Shown here piece after piece: positions 38,201-51,200 of a stretch of 64,000 nucleotides of DNA. The notes under the pieces were generated by a model. The model saw only the letters and a program-made list of their open reading frames with translations. It was not told the DNA's origin and made no database searches. Source of the stretch: Podospora anserina (Eukaryota); contig CM030335.1 in assembly GCA_017654855.1 (NCBI GenBank), forward strand, positions 3,038,001-3,102,000. Direction: 5' to 3'. Positions within the stretch are counted from its first letter, which is position 1, and every line of letters begins with the position of its first letter. A program made the translations under genes and the position numbers.

Positions 38201-41200
38201 GCTGGTTGGGATAGCGCTCTCTGAGAAAATGATGAAGTTCCCTGCAGATATCTATTCTCTTTGACTGTGATGAGAAACAGATGATGCCATCATCTCATCT
38301 TGGCCCCCTGCCTTTCTCGGCTTGTGGGTTGACGGAAAGGGTTTGGAGGCCCTGGTACCTACTCTTTGCAGTCTCAATCATGAAGCCGAATACCTCGTTG
38401 GTTCACCGCTGAGGAGGCGAAACGCATTCCGCGGTTCTGGTCGTGATATCAAAGTCTCCCATGGTCCAGGTCCAAACAACCCCTGCCACCAAAACCATGG
38501 TTCCCCGCCCTCGCATCATCTCCTTCCCCGCGTCTTCAGTTATTGCCACGCGCGTCCGCGACAGTCGACAGGCGGACGCGCATGATGGAAAACGAAACTC
38601 GTGACCTCGCTGGTAAATCGCCCGACCAGGCTGACCCAGCGAGGATTCATGACCACCAGCAAGGGCCGAGAGGATTCATCAGCAACGACACCGCAACCGC
38701 ACCAGCCAAGTCCCGTTCCGCAAAGGAAGAGGCGTGTGTAGGTCTTCAACAAACTGCGTGTGTCTTCTTCTGACCACAAAGTTGATATTGGCGGCAACCA
38801 GAAATGGATTGCGATCATCGAGTGGATGATACCGGCATTGTCGTACATAGCTTACTTACATACATGCCATGTAAGTGATGCTTGCATCGCAGACGCCATG
38901 TCCGCTTCTTCATGACTTTCCCCAGTCCACTCACAAGCATCACACATCCCCCGGATGACTCGCACCGCCATATTGTGTATGCCGGATAAATGAACAAACA
39001 GTGATCTAGGGTCCAGTAAAGACCCCCCTGAGGCTGTCCAGCTGCTTGCCCAGCCCCTAACAAGCCGGCAGTCCCTCCCACTAAACGGCCTCAGAGACCC
39101 CTAATAACATTTAACCGGCCATTTAGCCTGCGGGAGATGGGTGCGCCTCAGCCTTCGGTTGCTGCACTACACCACCACCATCTGCATATCAGATGGCATT
39201 CCCATGTCATGACAGAAGAAACGAGAAGCGGTCAAGGTCTTGCATAGGCGCGATATTCCTGAGAAAAAAAATCGTCAGATGGTTATGCTAAGCCGATCAC
39301 TTGGTACAGGATGTCCGGTCCTTGCAATGAGAATCTTGTGGTGACCAGGAGGTTGCGGGCACGTAATGCATGGATATGGCGAGTCAGGGAAGGTGGGATG
39401 AATGAAAACGGAGAAGATAAAATAAATAAAATAAAAGAGATGAAAAGAAGGTCCCATAACGGGACAGTTACGGTACTTGGCTGTGCCTCAGCTCGGTCTG
39501 GAACTGACTGTTGGTGTCGGGGCCAGGAAACTGTAACCCTCTTGCGTAGGGCTGTCGAGTACGAGAATCATGGCCTGGCGAAAGGGTTAATGCTTCACGT
39601 ATAGAAGTTTTATTCTGATTCGTCGCCAGTGATCGGTCGTAATTGGTCCATATGGAAGGTAAGGGTGAGGCAAAGACTGGTAACAGTCACATTCACCCTC
39701 CTGGAAACATGTCCCCATGGGACGTCTCAATTCCACTCTATGTTATCCTGTCACGCCTGTGTAAGCTGAAGGCCTCTGGATAGTGGGCTTGTTGGTCTGA
39801 CCACCCACCGGGAACTCACAAATCACAATCGACTACCGGAACAAAAAGGAACGGTCCGAGGCAGAGACACCCTATCTCCCTAGCTTCGCCGGAGTGTTGG
39901 CGATATGATGATTATCTGAGATGTGATCCGCTGGTTGAGACAAGTGTGTTACGGTGAAAGGAGCCCTCGATGTCAGCAATCTATCCCGCGCGATGTAGAG
40001 AAGCCCAGACACGTTGTAGTGACTTGTCATCTGGTCAAATCGTAGGGCTGGGCTTGGTCGATCTTGCGGCACGATTCTGGAATCAATATCGATCATGTAC
40101 TCGGTATCGGTGAGAGCGTCGCGTGAGCAACAGAGCTGGAGAGGGGTTGGAACAGGGGTTCCACGACAGAAGCCATTCTGTCTATCATTCCGGATTTTGA
40201 GATTTTGGCGGTGACAAGCAGTTATGCCTTGCATCACGTAGACGACTTAATGACTATCTCCAGTCATTAACCCCACGCGGGAATTCGACAGTTGGTATCA
40301 GATGTACCATCTGTACACATACTGTAATACGGCGCAGTCTGGACCCCCAAATGGAAGGCCTGCGAGAGCAGGCTCGAATGGCATCAACCGTCCCGAGTCT
40401 GGTGGCCATGTGCAGCTACCAACAGGTCATGGGAGGTCTGCGTTGGCTCCAAATCATCTCAGCTACTGTTGCACAGAGAACGCAGGAGATTGGCCGGCAT
40501 CGCGGTGTTGCCCCAGAAGGTCGTGTTATTGCACCGAGCAGTCGTCATACTCGCGGATACTGAACCGAGCCATGTGCCACTGACATTTCCACCAGACTAG
40601 GGTTGATGCCCCTTCACGATCTCCATTGGCCCGTTTGGCAAGGTGAAGAAGGCCCTGAAGAATAGGAAACCTTAAGCGCACCGGCGGAGGCAAGTTGAGG
40701 CGGGAGGCATCGTGTCTCGGTTCAGCCCACGATCAAAGACTTGAGATCTCTGAAACTTCGAGACAACTTCGCCATAGAAGAGCACAAAATGTTCCCATGA
40801 CTTCGAGTTAAGGTGAGCTGGTCTCACATCGACAGCAGTGACGCCACCATTGGAGCCGATAAATGCAAGCTGAAATCCCGGCCGCTCAAAGGAAGAATCT
40901 GTGATACCGATGTGCAGCAACCCATGGTCCCGGGTTCGAGATGGTGACACATAACCTCTCGGACTTTCCATCCCGTTGCGGTGAATAAGGGGTCAGATGG
41001 AAAAGTCAACATCGTATAGGCCTCGTCGCCCTCGAGATGAGCTGATAGCACCAACAGCCTTGGCCTAGGCTACACCACGGCGCCCCAGGATGTGCAATAG
41101 ACTGCTGCATCGAAGCATGCACAGAGGGTGTAAGAGCAATATACTGCGAGTCTCCTGGACGCCACTTGGAACCAATCGTCAAGAGAGCCGACCCAACCAG

Positions 41201-44200
41201 GATTGCCTGGGCACCAAACTGCCGGGATTTGGCGATGCGTTAATTCGGGGTCAAATCTATGACCGTTGTATGTCTGCGTCGGGAGCAACGGGTTGGTAGG
41301 ATCGAGGGATTGCTGAGATGGATGGGTCGGTCGAACGGTGTCCGTGATGCTTCGCTGGGAGGATGAGTGGTCAAACCGGCGCGGGCAGACATCCTACGGG
41401 CCCGAGAATGCAATGACTTGCAGCCGAAGGAGCCATGCCATGAGGTGAGGACGCCACGATATCAAGTGCCGTTGTAGCCCCCAAGGAGAAAACCGGCGCG
41501 GTCGGGGAAGAAGTGCGACTGGAAATTAGCTGTCTGTGTCAAAGGTTACAGAGCAGGAGACTCAGCCCATCTTCTCCTGAATTGTCTTCCTTGCGTTCCG
41601 TTCCTCTGCCAGTCACCGTCCAGTCTCTTGGGGGGCTGACCACCACGATCCGTGAAGTGCTGTTGCAATATGCGGTGCCATGGGCACAAGGGGGCGGTGA
41701 ATCAACGTTTTGTCCCAGATGGCCCTCCGAAGACAGGCAAAAAATTTAAAAAAAAAAATGATAAATTCATAAATAATCGATAATTTTGATTTGTGTGAGC
41801 GGCAAATCGAAGAGATGGAAGGAGCGCTGTCTTCCGTGTGTTTTGTTCTCAAGAAAGAGCAAACCGAAGATATGACGCACTTCCCACTTTGTCTTGGTAA
41901 ATCACTACTGCTTAGGACAGCCCAACTGGAAAGACATCTAGATGCACTCGACGTCGGGTCCATAATGATACAATTCTTGATTCCTGAATTATCTCATAAT
42001 CAAGGCACGATGCAAAGAAGAATGATGCTGATGATACAGAGCCCTTTAGAACTGAGAGTGCTGTAGACAAACATACTGTGGATGATTTGAAAGACCGATG
42101 CTCCACTTTTCACCAATTTACAGGGGAGCTTCCCCAGATTTTCAGGTGGGCATGGCCTGGAAATTCCGTCTCCGTCCCCATGGAGCAGTGACCCAGCTTC
42201 CCCGGATTCTTCAATTTATCGACAACCCTAGCAGCAATATCAACGGCATGGTCACCATCACATAGGAACTTCATCGCAGAATGCCAAATACATCTGGGCC
42301 AGTTCACAGGTACTTCTTTCTTTTCCATGGCAATCGGCCCGTCCGAAGCACAATCAACGTCAATCTCGCCTCCGTGGAAAGACGGAAACTCGCGATGAAT
42401 GGGATGGCGCTGTAAACCCCCGCTGAGCCTTGGCCTCGCAGCATCCCATTCCTTGCAGCATATTTCGTTCCCGCCATCGCCGAACCGACATCGTCAAAGT
42501 CCCGTACTTCCGTATACAACCTATCTCTACCACGTGGGAGGATGAAAGACAACCCGCCTGCCTCTTCTGGCACTGTTGCACTCTTCACGGGATCACTGCT
42601 AACAACTCCGTCAGCCAACGCCAGCAACCAACCTACACACGATCCTAGGCCTATAGCAAATCCTCTCACCATTCACTATTCATCCATGGTTCGCAGTGGC
42701 TGACTCGACCCAGTCACTCATACTTTCTCCGGATACCTCGTAGACAAACCTGTCAGCAATGCCATCCGGGGAAACACTATAGATGCCGCCGGCGCTGACG
42801 CACACCATTCTCATGATAAGCTGCAGTGCATAAACATATCATGGGAATTTACTACCGGCAGCTACAACAGCGCACTATATGTCCGAAGCCACCCAGCCTA
42901 TCAGTCCAGGTACAGATTCGTACACATCTCCAACTATAGTCAGCAAATGATTACCATTACCGAATTCGTCCAACACAAACCTCCCTTCAGTGGGGGTTCA
43001 CATCTCACCTCTATCTACCCTGTTGACTGTTCCCCTCTGGTCAAACCTGACCACTCACCTCGCTCAAATCTGTCTGGTCTATATGTGATGTAGGTAGCCT
43101 ACGGGAAAGCAGTGTAAAACGACGATCTACAAAAGGCGCACCGCTCTTCCTGCAGTGATACACTTACACACAAGGCACCACCACCCCCACCCTCTCAAAA
43201 TATCCCCAAGGCTGCAACTTCTTAAAAGTCACTTGACGACCACAAATGAGGCGTAAAGCACACCAGAAATGAACAAGATCGGCCGGTTCTCCCCCGAATC
43301 CGAGTCTTTGCCTATCGGTGGTTTTACTCATCCTCAAACAGCAATGCAATAGACACAGCATTGTGCACATGACCCCTTTTTTGCAGGACGTTTTGCCCCT
43401 CGGTAAGGTCTGTACCGCTCTACTCGGAGGCGAGACACCCGGACCATGGAACACAGACGACGTAAGGGTACAACAAAAAACGGGAACGGCAACATCACAT
43501 TCACCTTTTTTACACCTACAGCGATCCATTCCGCCCCAGGCTCTGCATATATATATATTACGTGCTGTTGTATAAGCGAGGGCAACTGCCATTTATTACT
43601 TCGACTCCCGACTTTCCCATATTGTGTTTGCGGATCTAACCCAAGCAACGTGATCGCCGGATAGAGAGTCACACTTGTGGAAAACAGCCGAGAGAAAATA
43701 AGGTGGAAAATCCGGGGTAAAATTATAACCATAAAACCATAGCCAAGACTCTTCAAAAAGCCGTCAGCTGCCACACACTTGTATTTCTCAGGGTCTACGG
43801 ATATCAGGGTCCAGCTTCCAAGCCCCGAAGAAAAAAGCCGGAACTAACTCCCGACCTTCCTACCGTAGGCATCGTGACCTACACAGCCGTTGCCTGGATG
43901 ACTTTTGCGCGGCGGCGGTACCTTAAGGGTCTGCCAAAGGGTCCATCCACCAGCGGTAAACGGGGAAGTCTAGTCTATCCGTTTCTTGTCTCACTTCCCA
44001 CACCCTTTTGTCGGGTGCTCGGGTGAGTATTGACCCTGAAGACCCTGAATATACCGTCGTGTGGACCCTTTGAACTGCTAGTTAGAAAATGTCAAAAGGT
44101 CACAAGTTCACGTAGTTTTACCGCCAAGACCGAGACTTTCCATCAGTGGTCTCCTAGGAGGGCGACTGAGACACCGATACGCATGGCTTACACCCTCCTC

Positions 44201-45222
44201 TCTACTTTACCGAAACCAGCTCTGCCATGAGAGCTGTGATGAACTTGCAAATAGGTAGTTCTGAGTAGCATCACACAGCGTAAACGACAGGGCTGCAGTG
44301 AACAAACCACCCCCCAGAATAGAATCATTTCTCCATCACGAGGCCTTGAATTTCTTCATCTGTTTTGGTTCACTGCTCCGGCGCCAGTGACAGTGACAGC
44401 ACGTTGTCATAAGCGCCGGCTATTCTCACCCATTCGTAGCTTCAACGGCTACCCAACGGCCACGCATTACAAAAAGCCGAACCGTTCACGCGAAGCTCGG
44501 CGGCTGCACCGCTCATCCGTAAAAACTGCAAACGGTATCTTTTTTTGTGTTTCGGAGCTGAGCTGGAAAAGAGTTTGAGTTGAGTTGAGCCACAGGTACC
44601 AGTGAACTCAGCCCCTGGTGTCGTTGGCCTGCTGGCCTCAGGTTTTGTGGCTCAAAGTTGCTTGGCCAATCCAATTGAGTCTTCACATCAAAGACTCAAA
44701 GGAATAGTTTTAGACAGAGGGGCTGACATGACTGTGGAGGTAAGAGGATTGTCGGCGTGGGATTGAGCCAGTTGGGTTGATGACGAGATATTTCTGGTGA
44801 TGGACTGTTGATCCACGACGAATGATCGTCGAGATAGTTGACAAAGTTGTTGTTCAGACCGGAAATGAGAGAGAGAGAGACTTACTGACCGTTTTGGCAA
44901 CTCCACCAAACTTACCAATCACGAATTCCAATTCTGCTTCCGTTCCAACAGGCTGCCAATTGATCAGCTAAATTAAACAATAAATTTCAGCCTCTTGTTT
45001 GTGTTCGTCATCGTGGATTCTCTCCACCACCAGCAGGCAAGACATCGTCATGGCATCAATAATCCCAACCCCGCCCGCCCCGTCAGTAAGGGTATTTCCT
45101 ACCTTAGTCTGCAGGCAAGAGGTGGTTGAACAAGTGAGGGCATCCACACCAAGACGGGTCCAACATGCGGACCTAGAAAAAAACACGTCCCGGTAGCATG
45201 ACACCTTCTCACGGGGCTATGT

Positions 45223-45270
<48 letters not shown>
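45223..45270. repeat. (ACA)16 trinucleotide microsatellite
   Basis: Perfect CAA/ACA tandem run read directly from the sequence, followed by GCAGCA. Confidence 0.97.
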
Positions 45271-48200
45271 GCAGCAAGTGCTGTTTCCTCCTCGCCTCAC
45301 GTGGGCTAGACGGAGGACGCCCATTTGATCACCCCCTCCTCCCATTCTTGCCATGGCCGCTACAGCACGACATCGACTCCGCAGTTGTTGCAAATAAACC
45401 GGTTCTGCCCGTCAAATTGAAAGAGAAACAACATTGAGAGAAAGAGGGGCAGGGCAGCTCCGCTTTCAGGCTCTCTCGGCTTATATCGGTCAGGCTCCTC
45501 TGCAATACATATGCAACTCTCGCGATGTCTGCCTACACGCGGGATAGTGTTGATGATAATAAGAACAGCAGTTAGAAACACGTAAACATAATCCAAGCAT
45601 GGAGGTCGTGGGGGGGGAGGGGGGCTCATGAAAAAAGAAGTCAGGTGGACTCGCAGAGAAACTCTTTTCATCAGCGGGCATCCGGGCCTGTGAGAGGCCT
45701 TCAATGAGGCGGGGGGGGGATTTCCGGCGAAGGCGGGGTTGACGGCCGGGCGGGGCGGGAGGGGTAGAGGTAGAGGTAAGGCGCTGCTGCTGCGGTGGGA
45801 TTCCATCTCTCGGTTTGTTTGTGTCCCTCAGGGTTGTCCCTGTCGGCCCGTTGTATCAGGAGGGAAGCAGGGAAAAAGCTTTTGTTACCAGAGATCGTGT
45901 GGTCACAAGGCTGCGACTTGTGAGCTGGCAAATGCCCAACGTGCAAGGAAAACCCCTCGGACAAGGAAAGACTGGTTTTGGCAGGAGGAGTTTGGACGAG
46001 ACGGTTAGGTAAGATTGTAAGGCAGGAGCGCGGGATGACGGCATGGCATTAGGGGATTTATTTTGAGTGTCAATGACGCGGTAAATCAATGCATATTGCC
46101 CTGGTTTCCAATCGACATTGCCAGCGCGCGAAACGTCAGTCGAAAAGCTTGAGTGCTGCGAATCGCATCAAATCATGTCGGGTGTGTGGCTATTCGTTCA
46201 TGTGACTCGCCAAGCTGGGGTCTAGATCTGGGGTAAAATGCGGCGCAGTCAAGCACTCGGCAGCGCCACACCCGCATCGCCCGAACTCCTCCCGAGTTAT
46301 CGCCAAGGCCCACCAGCCACATGACTGACAGACAGGCACGTGGACGCTGTGGATCATTCATGCTGTTCAATGCCTTTCGAACCTCAACTCAACAGGATGC
46401 CGTTCGGAGCTTCCGTTCATGTCCACCTGGCCATCACAATTCAGGACAGCGGCATGTTTGAGTCCTATACCAAAAGCAGAAGGTTCGACACAGACGTCCC
46501 TCAACCTCCGAGGCTGACAAAAGCCTCAATTTCTGCTGGCCGGGGGAAGAAAACCCTTCAAAAAACTCTGCTAGCCTCGCGAACGGGGCCGTTTCTTGCA
46601 TCGTGAACATGGGTCGGCACTAGGCAGTCGGGCCGTGGCCGGTGGAGAGAGAGAGGCAAGCACAGCATCCAGCATTGCATCGCACGCAAGCCCGGGGGGC
46701 ACAAAGGTCCACCAGATGGGGAAGAGCAAAATCCTAAAGGTGAGGAATGCTAATTGCACCCGGGGTATTGGTGAAAATGCCACGGCGTAATTTACCAACG
46801 ACCACCCGCGCCGGACAGAGAGACGGTGAGCCGGAGGCTTCATTACGGGACGACGGCGGTAAAAAGGAATATAACGGCGACGGCGCGGCGATGACGACTA
46901 CGATCATGCCCATTACCCGGGATCAAGTGCAACTCCACTTGTTCTGGAAAACCCGAACCCGATTTCAAATCCCTTCTTCCTAGCTCATCAGGATAATATC
47001 AACATCAATTTTTAACAAAGTATCGTATACCTAGGCAATTCAACCGGTCGACCACGTGCCGGTTAATTTACCTCGTTGAAGCTATAACCTCCGGCAATGA
47101 CTGACAGCTGCGATGCGAGGCTGATGAACAAGAGACATGACATGGATGAAAATAACCGTCGGGACGGCACTGCGAGGCTAGCTACGTACGACATCATACG
47201 GCCGGTTGAGGAGTGTTATTTTTTTCTCACTCGTTTATTTTAGCTGCTGCGGATAGGTAGCGGATGCGAGTCTGTCGTGAGTCCTGCAGTTACTGCAATG
47301 CAACGGCCGCTATTGAAGTCTCTTGCACTTTGATGGTGAAACGGTGACCGCTCTTTCACTTACTCAACTTTCCAAGCCCATCTCACAGACGCACCGAGGT
47401 ATCGCCTATCTGGATGGAGCCTCACCAGGACACTTCAATTTCGCAAGGCTGAGGAGTTCCCAACAACAAGTTCCAACATCTCATTGACCTTGAATATCTT
47501 ATATCCCCCCATCACCAACAGAGTGGTCAATCGCACTCGCTTACCCTCCATCTCGGGTTTCGGTTCTGCGCAAACGACAGCTCGCTTCTGCTGCTGCCGC
47601 CCACGGACTCGGGATTTTCTCTTTTGCTCTTCCTCGGCTGGAAGGACCGATATACCTGAAAATAAGTCTCATGCAAAAATTTACCTCGAACGCAAATGTA
47701 ACCCTGAGACTGAATTCCCCACAGTGCATCCTTGGGGGTAGGTTTCGGAGCTTTATTTTGATAAGGTGGTATCCGTTCCCTGGTAGGTCCTCCAAGCGAT
47801 CCAGACACGAGCGACCGTTGCCCAGGGCTGAGAGGAGGTTTGACGATGTCACTGTCAAAACCGATGAAGACCCTTCGGAGGGAGGAAGGAAGGAAGGGGT
47901 GGATGTGGCCTTTGGTGAGCGGGAGGGACTCCCGACGATGAATGAGTGTTGATATTGAGGGTTGGTGTTTTTTTGCTTGGCGTGAATGATTAACCAGCTC
48001 ACCGTTTTTGGGTGAGTATTAACGGTTTTCTCCACACAGGTGGTTCGGCTTTTGGTGGAGACGTAACGTCACTGATCAACGAAACGGTACATACACTTTG
48101 CGATATGCACAACATTTTGTCGACTTTTCTGATCACCGCTTTTTTTTGTATCGTCATTGAAAACTGGAAAAGGTCTAAGGAACAGTGCAAGATCGGCAAA

Positions 48201-51200
48201 GACTGCCAAGTTTATGAGTTGATGTTTTGAGCAGAGGGGTGATCTCTCGTGGTGACCTGGTGGCAGTGAACGAGACAGGCTTCACTCACTGCCATGCCGT
48301 CACCGTCTACTATCAATTGAGATGGTTTCGGGGAGAGTCTCGGTCGTATACACCAACATATGTCTAAGTCTCGCTAATCGTGAATATCAGCGCAGGGAGG
48401 AGATGTTCCTCAAAAAAAAAAAAAAAAGGGAGAGCTACCCGTGGTTTTGCTTTGAACATCCCAGATTTTTGCAAAATCTGATATCATATATCCCCGCGCT
48501 ATGATGATGTAAGGGAGACCAAGACAGTCCACTGTATGTCTCTCTCCATCTGTATGATTCACCTTTTGACGCGCCCCTGCTTTTTCTGCGTTTTTGATAG
48601 ACATCAAAACTCCAACCAACTGGAGACTGACAACCGTTCATCATTATGCGGGGAGGGTAAGTCGATCGTTTTCGGGGTCCCATTTGACAGTCCGCTGCGG
48701 GGAGCGGGGAAGGAAGATGGCGGCTCCGGGGTTCTCGGAATGGGCAGGGCCGGCTTTCTTTCCTCGGGAGTTCGGTTAGATGGGAGCTTAAAAGCTCGGT
48801 ATACAACGCCGCTACTACTCGGCAGCCATTTACTAGTTATTCCGAATTTGGGTCATGGTTGCGAAAAGCAAACAGTACCTACATTTTTATCGAGGGCTGC
48901 GGTGGGAAATTTAATGACCTCGGAGGGGGGTAGCTGCATGACGAGAAACAAAGAAAAAAAGGTCAGGTCTTACAGATCGTCGAACGGCGTGATCTATCCG
49001 ATGTAGGTGGCCGGATTTAGAGTGCATTTCAGCCAGCCCTCGACGATTTTGAGAACAGGAGGTTGATGTAGACCCAACTACTCGGTCATTGGCATCTCTC
49101 CCAAGTACGTATTGAGTGCAACACACTACCAATGCATAGTCCTGCAATTAACCTGTATGTCAGCAAGCAAGCAAGCAAATCAATCACCAACTAGCCGTAG
49201 GTAGTACTTACTAGCAGCCTCGAGAGGCTGCATGAGAGGGAGGGCAACTGCGGCGTCCCGCATGCTGTCTCATCCCCTGTTCTTGATATAACCGCATTGG
49301 CACCCTCCCATGGTTACTCTCACGAGAAAGAAAATGTAGGTTTTGTTTTGTCTCTGTCTGTTTGAGTGTGATGAGGGCCCATGAAAAACGAGGGCAACGG
49401 TTGCCCACAGACTGTCTTGTATCGCGCCATGAGAAAAACGAGGTCTAGATGTTGGTAGTGATAGGAGACTGTTTCGATTTACCAAAACGTGTTTCTTAGA
49501 GATCAGAGTCTGTGTTGTGAGACTGACATGAACTACCCAAGGGGCTAGAATCTCGAAACAGAGGTCGAAACACGATCTGCGTTCGCAGGTTATAAGAGAG
49601 TGTTCTTATGATAGCTGTCAAAACCGGGAACAAAGTTGAGTCGAGAAAAATGCTTGGTGTGTATAAAAGCAAGAAACGTGCGCCATCGTGTTCCGGGAAC
49701 TTGGGTGGGTGCGTCCTGCAAAGTTGAACCAATCTGCCGGCTTGGTGATCAATCTATCTGATGCAGGACTCGGCGCTGCAAGCAATTAAATTGATTTGCG
49801 ATAGACGACTGCAGCCACCTACGACAAAATGCAACTCTTGGGACCTGTGCCTGTTTGCCTGTCGACTCCTCGCCCGAGAAGCTACATCATGTCGTGACAT
49901 CCGTACTCCGGCTCCGGTTTGTGGTTTATTTTCCAATCCGTATCAGTTCTCACATTTATCTGACTTCAGCTGACAGGCGGGATATGTTTGAATCAAACCA
50001 ACCGGCCGGGGAAGAGTCCAGGTTTCCGGCGCGGACAGATCTCTGGGACGATCCGCAGCGAGCAAATCCAGGGGTTGGTCATCACACATCATCACACATC
50101 ATCACACTTCACATGTCTGCTTTGCGGCCCTTTTGCCCCTCTCTATGGTTGCAATCCCGAGTCAATGCCCTGCCGGCATGCTTGTGAGCATACCGAGTCC
50201 CGTTGGTGTCAACATGCGAGGCTTGCAAACTATTGTGGTGTCTGGTATCGAAAAACAAGGAGGTGAACCTGTTTGATACTTGTCAATAATTCAGAGAGCT
50301 AATGATGGCGTGGTTCGATAGGGGAATAGTGTCATCCTAACCTGCCACCCACGTGCGCCGTTCCGTGGCATTGGGATACGGAATTGCCTCTCTTGGATCA
50401 TTTCGGACACCGAGGGGGAGATAAAAAGGTCAGATGAAACTCGTGAGACTGGACCTTCCCTGTCGAGCCTGCTAGGGAACGATAGAAGGTCGAGAGATTG
50501 ATGGCCATCACGGTCCAAGGTCCCCTCATGAGGCAGGTAACAGGTGTGGTTACAGAGGACGTCTGCGGGACCGGGTATTTTGAATGCGGGGGAAGTTCAT
50601 TAATACGTGGGGGTTCGAGGGGCAGCCATGTGCACGAAAACGCTCGCTCTGATTGGCCGGCGCATCCGGGGACGCAGGCTGACACTTCAGCAGTTCTCCT
50701 CAGAGCAGGTGACCGCCGCGAGCCGCAAGCGAACGGGAGCAGTCCGTGTGCACCCGAATTGCAATTCGCCACCAAGAGGGGAGAATGCAAAGACACCACA
50801 TTCGACTGTCGTGAGCCGCGGTTTCTTTTGATGACCAGAAAGACAGCAAAGCCTGTTTGCTTCATCTTAGCTCATCGGCTGAGAAACCCAAGCTCTGCAA
50901 AGGAGAACATGGCAGAAACTGACATGTCCCATATGATATGAATATGGCCTGAGGGTTTTTGGTGCAACGCTGGGGTTTGATGGGGAGATCAGATTCGCTT
51001 GTCTAACCCGATTAGCGTCCCAGAGCTCCGGAGATTGAAGCTGCAACCGACACACAGGTGACGGACCCCCGCGTTGTAATAAAGGGAAAACCGGACTTGT
51101 TCCTGACGGTGGCCTCCGGCAGCAGCTTGTTGGAGTCTTGATATTGTTGCTTTTTTTCTCTCTCCGGCTGCTTCATCCTAGCCTCCGCGAACCTAGCGCT

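Noticed and set aside
40247-40270. Perfect 9-bp hairpin TTAATGACT/AGTCATTAA
   Set aside because: One such hairpin is expected by chance in 64 kb; no supporting context.
40672-41054. Two overlapping minus-strand ORFs that might be a frameshifted remnant
   Set aside because: No recognisable domain or start context; BLASTx would be needed.
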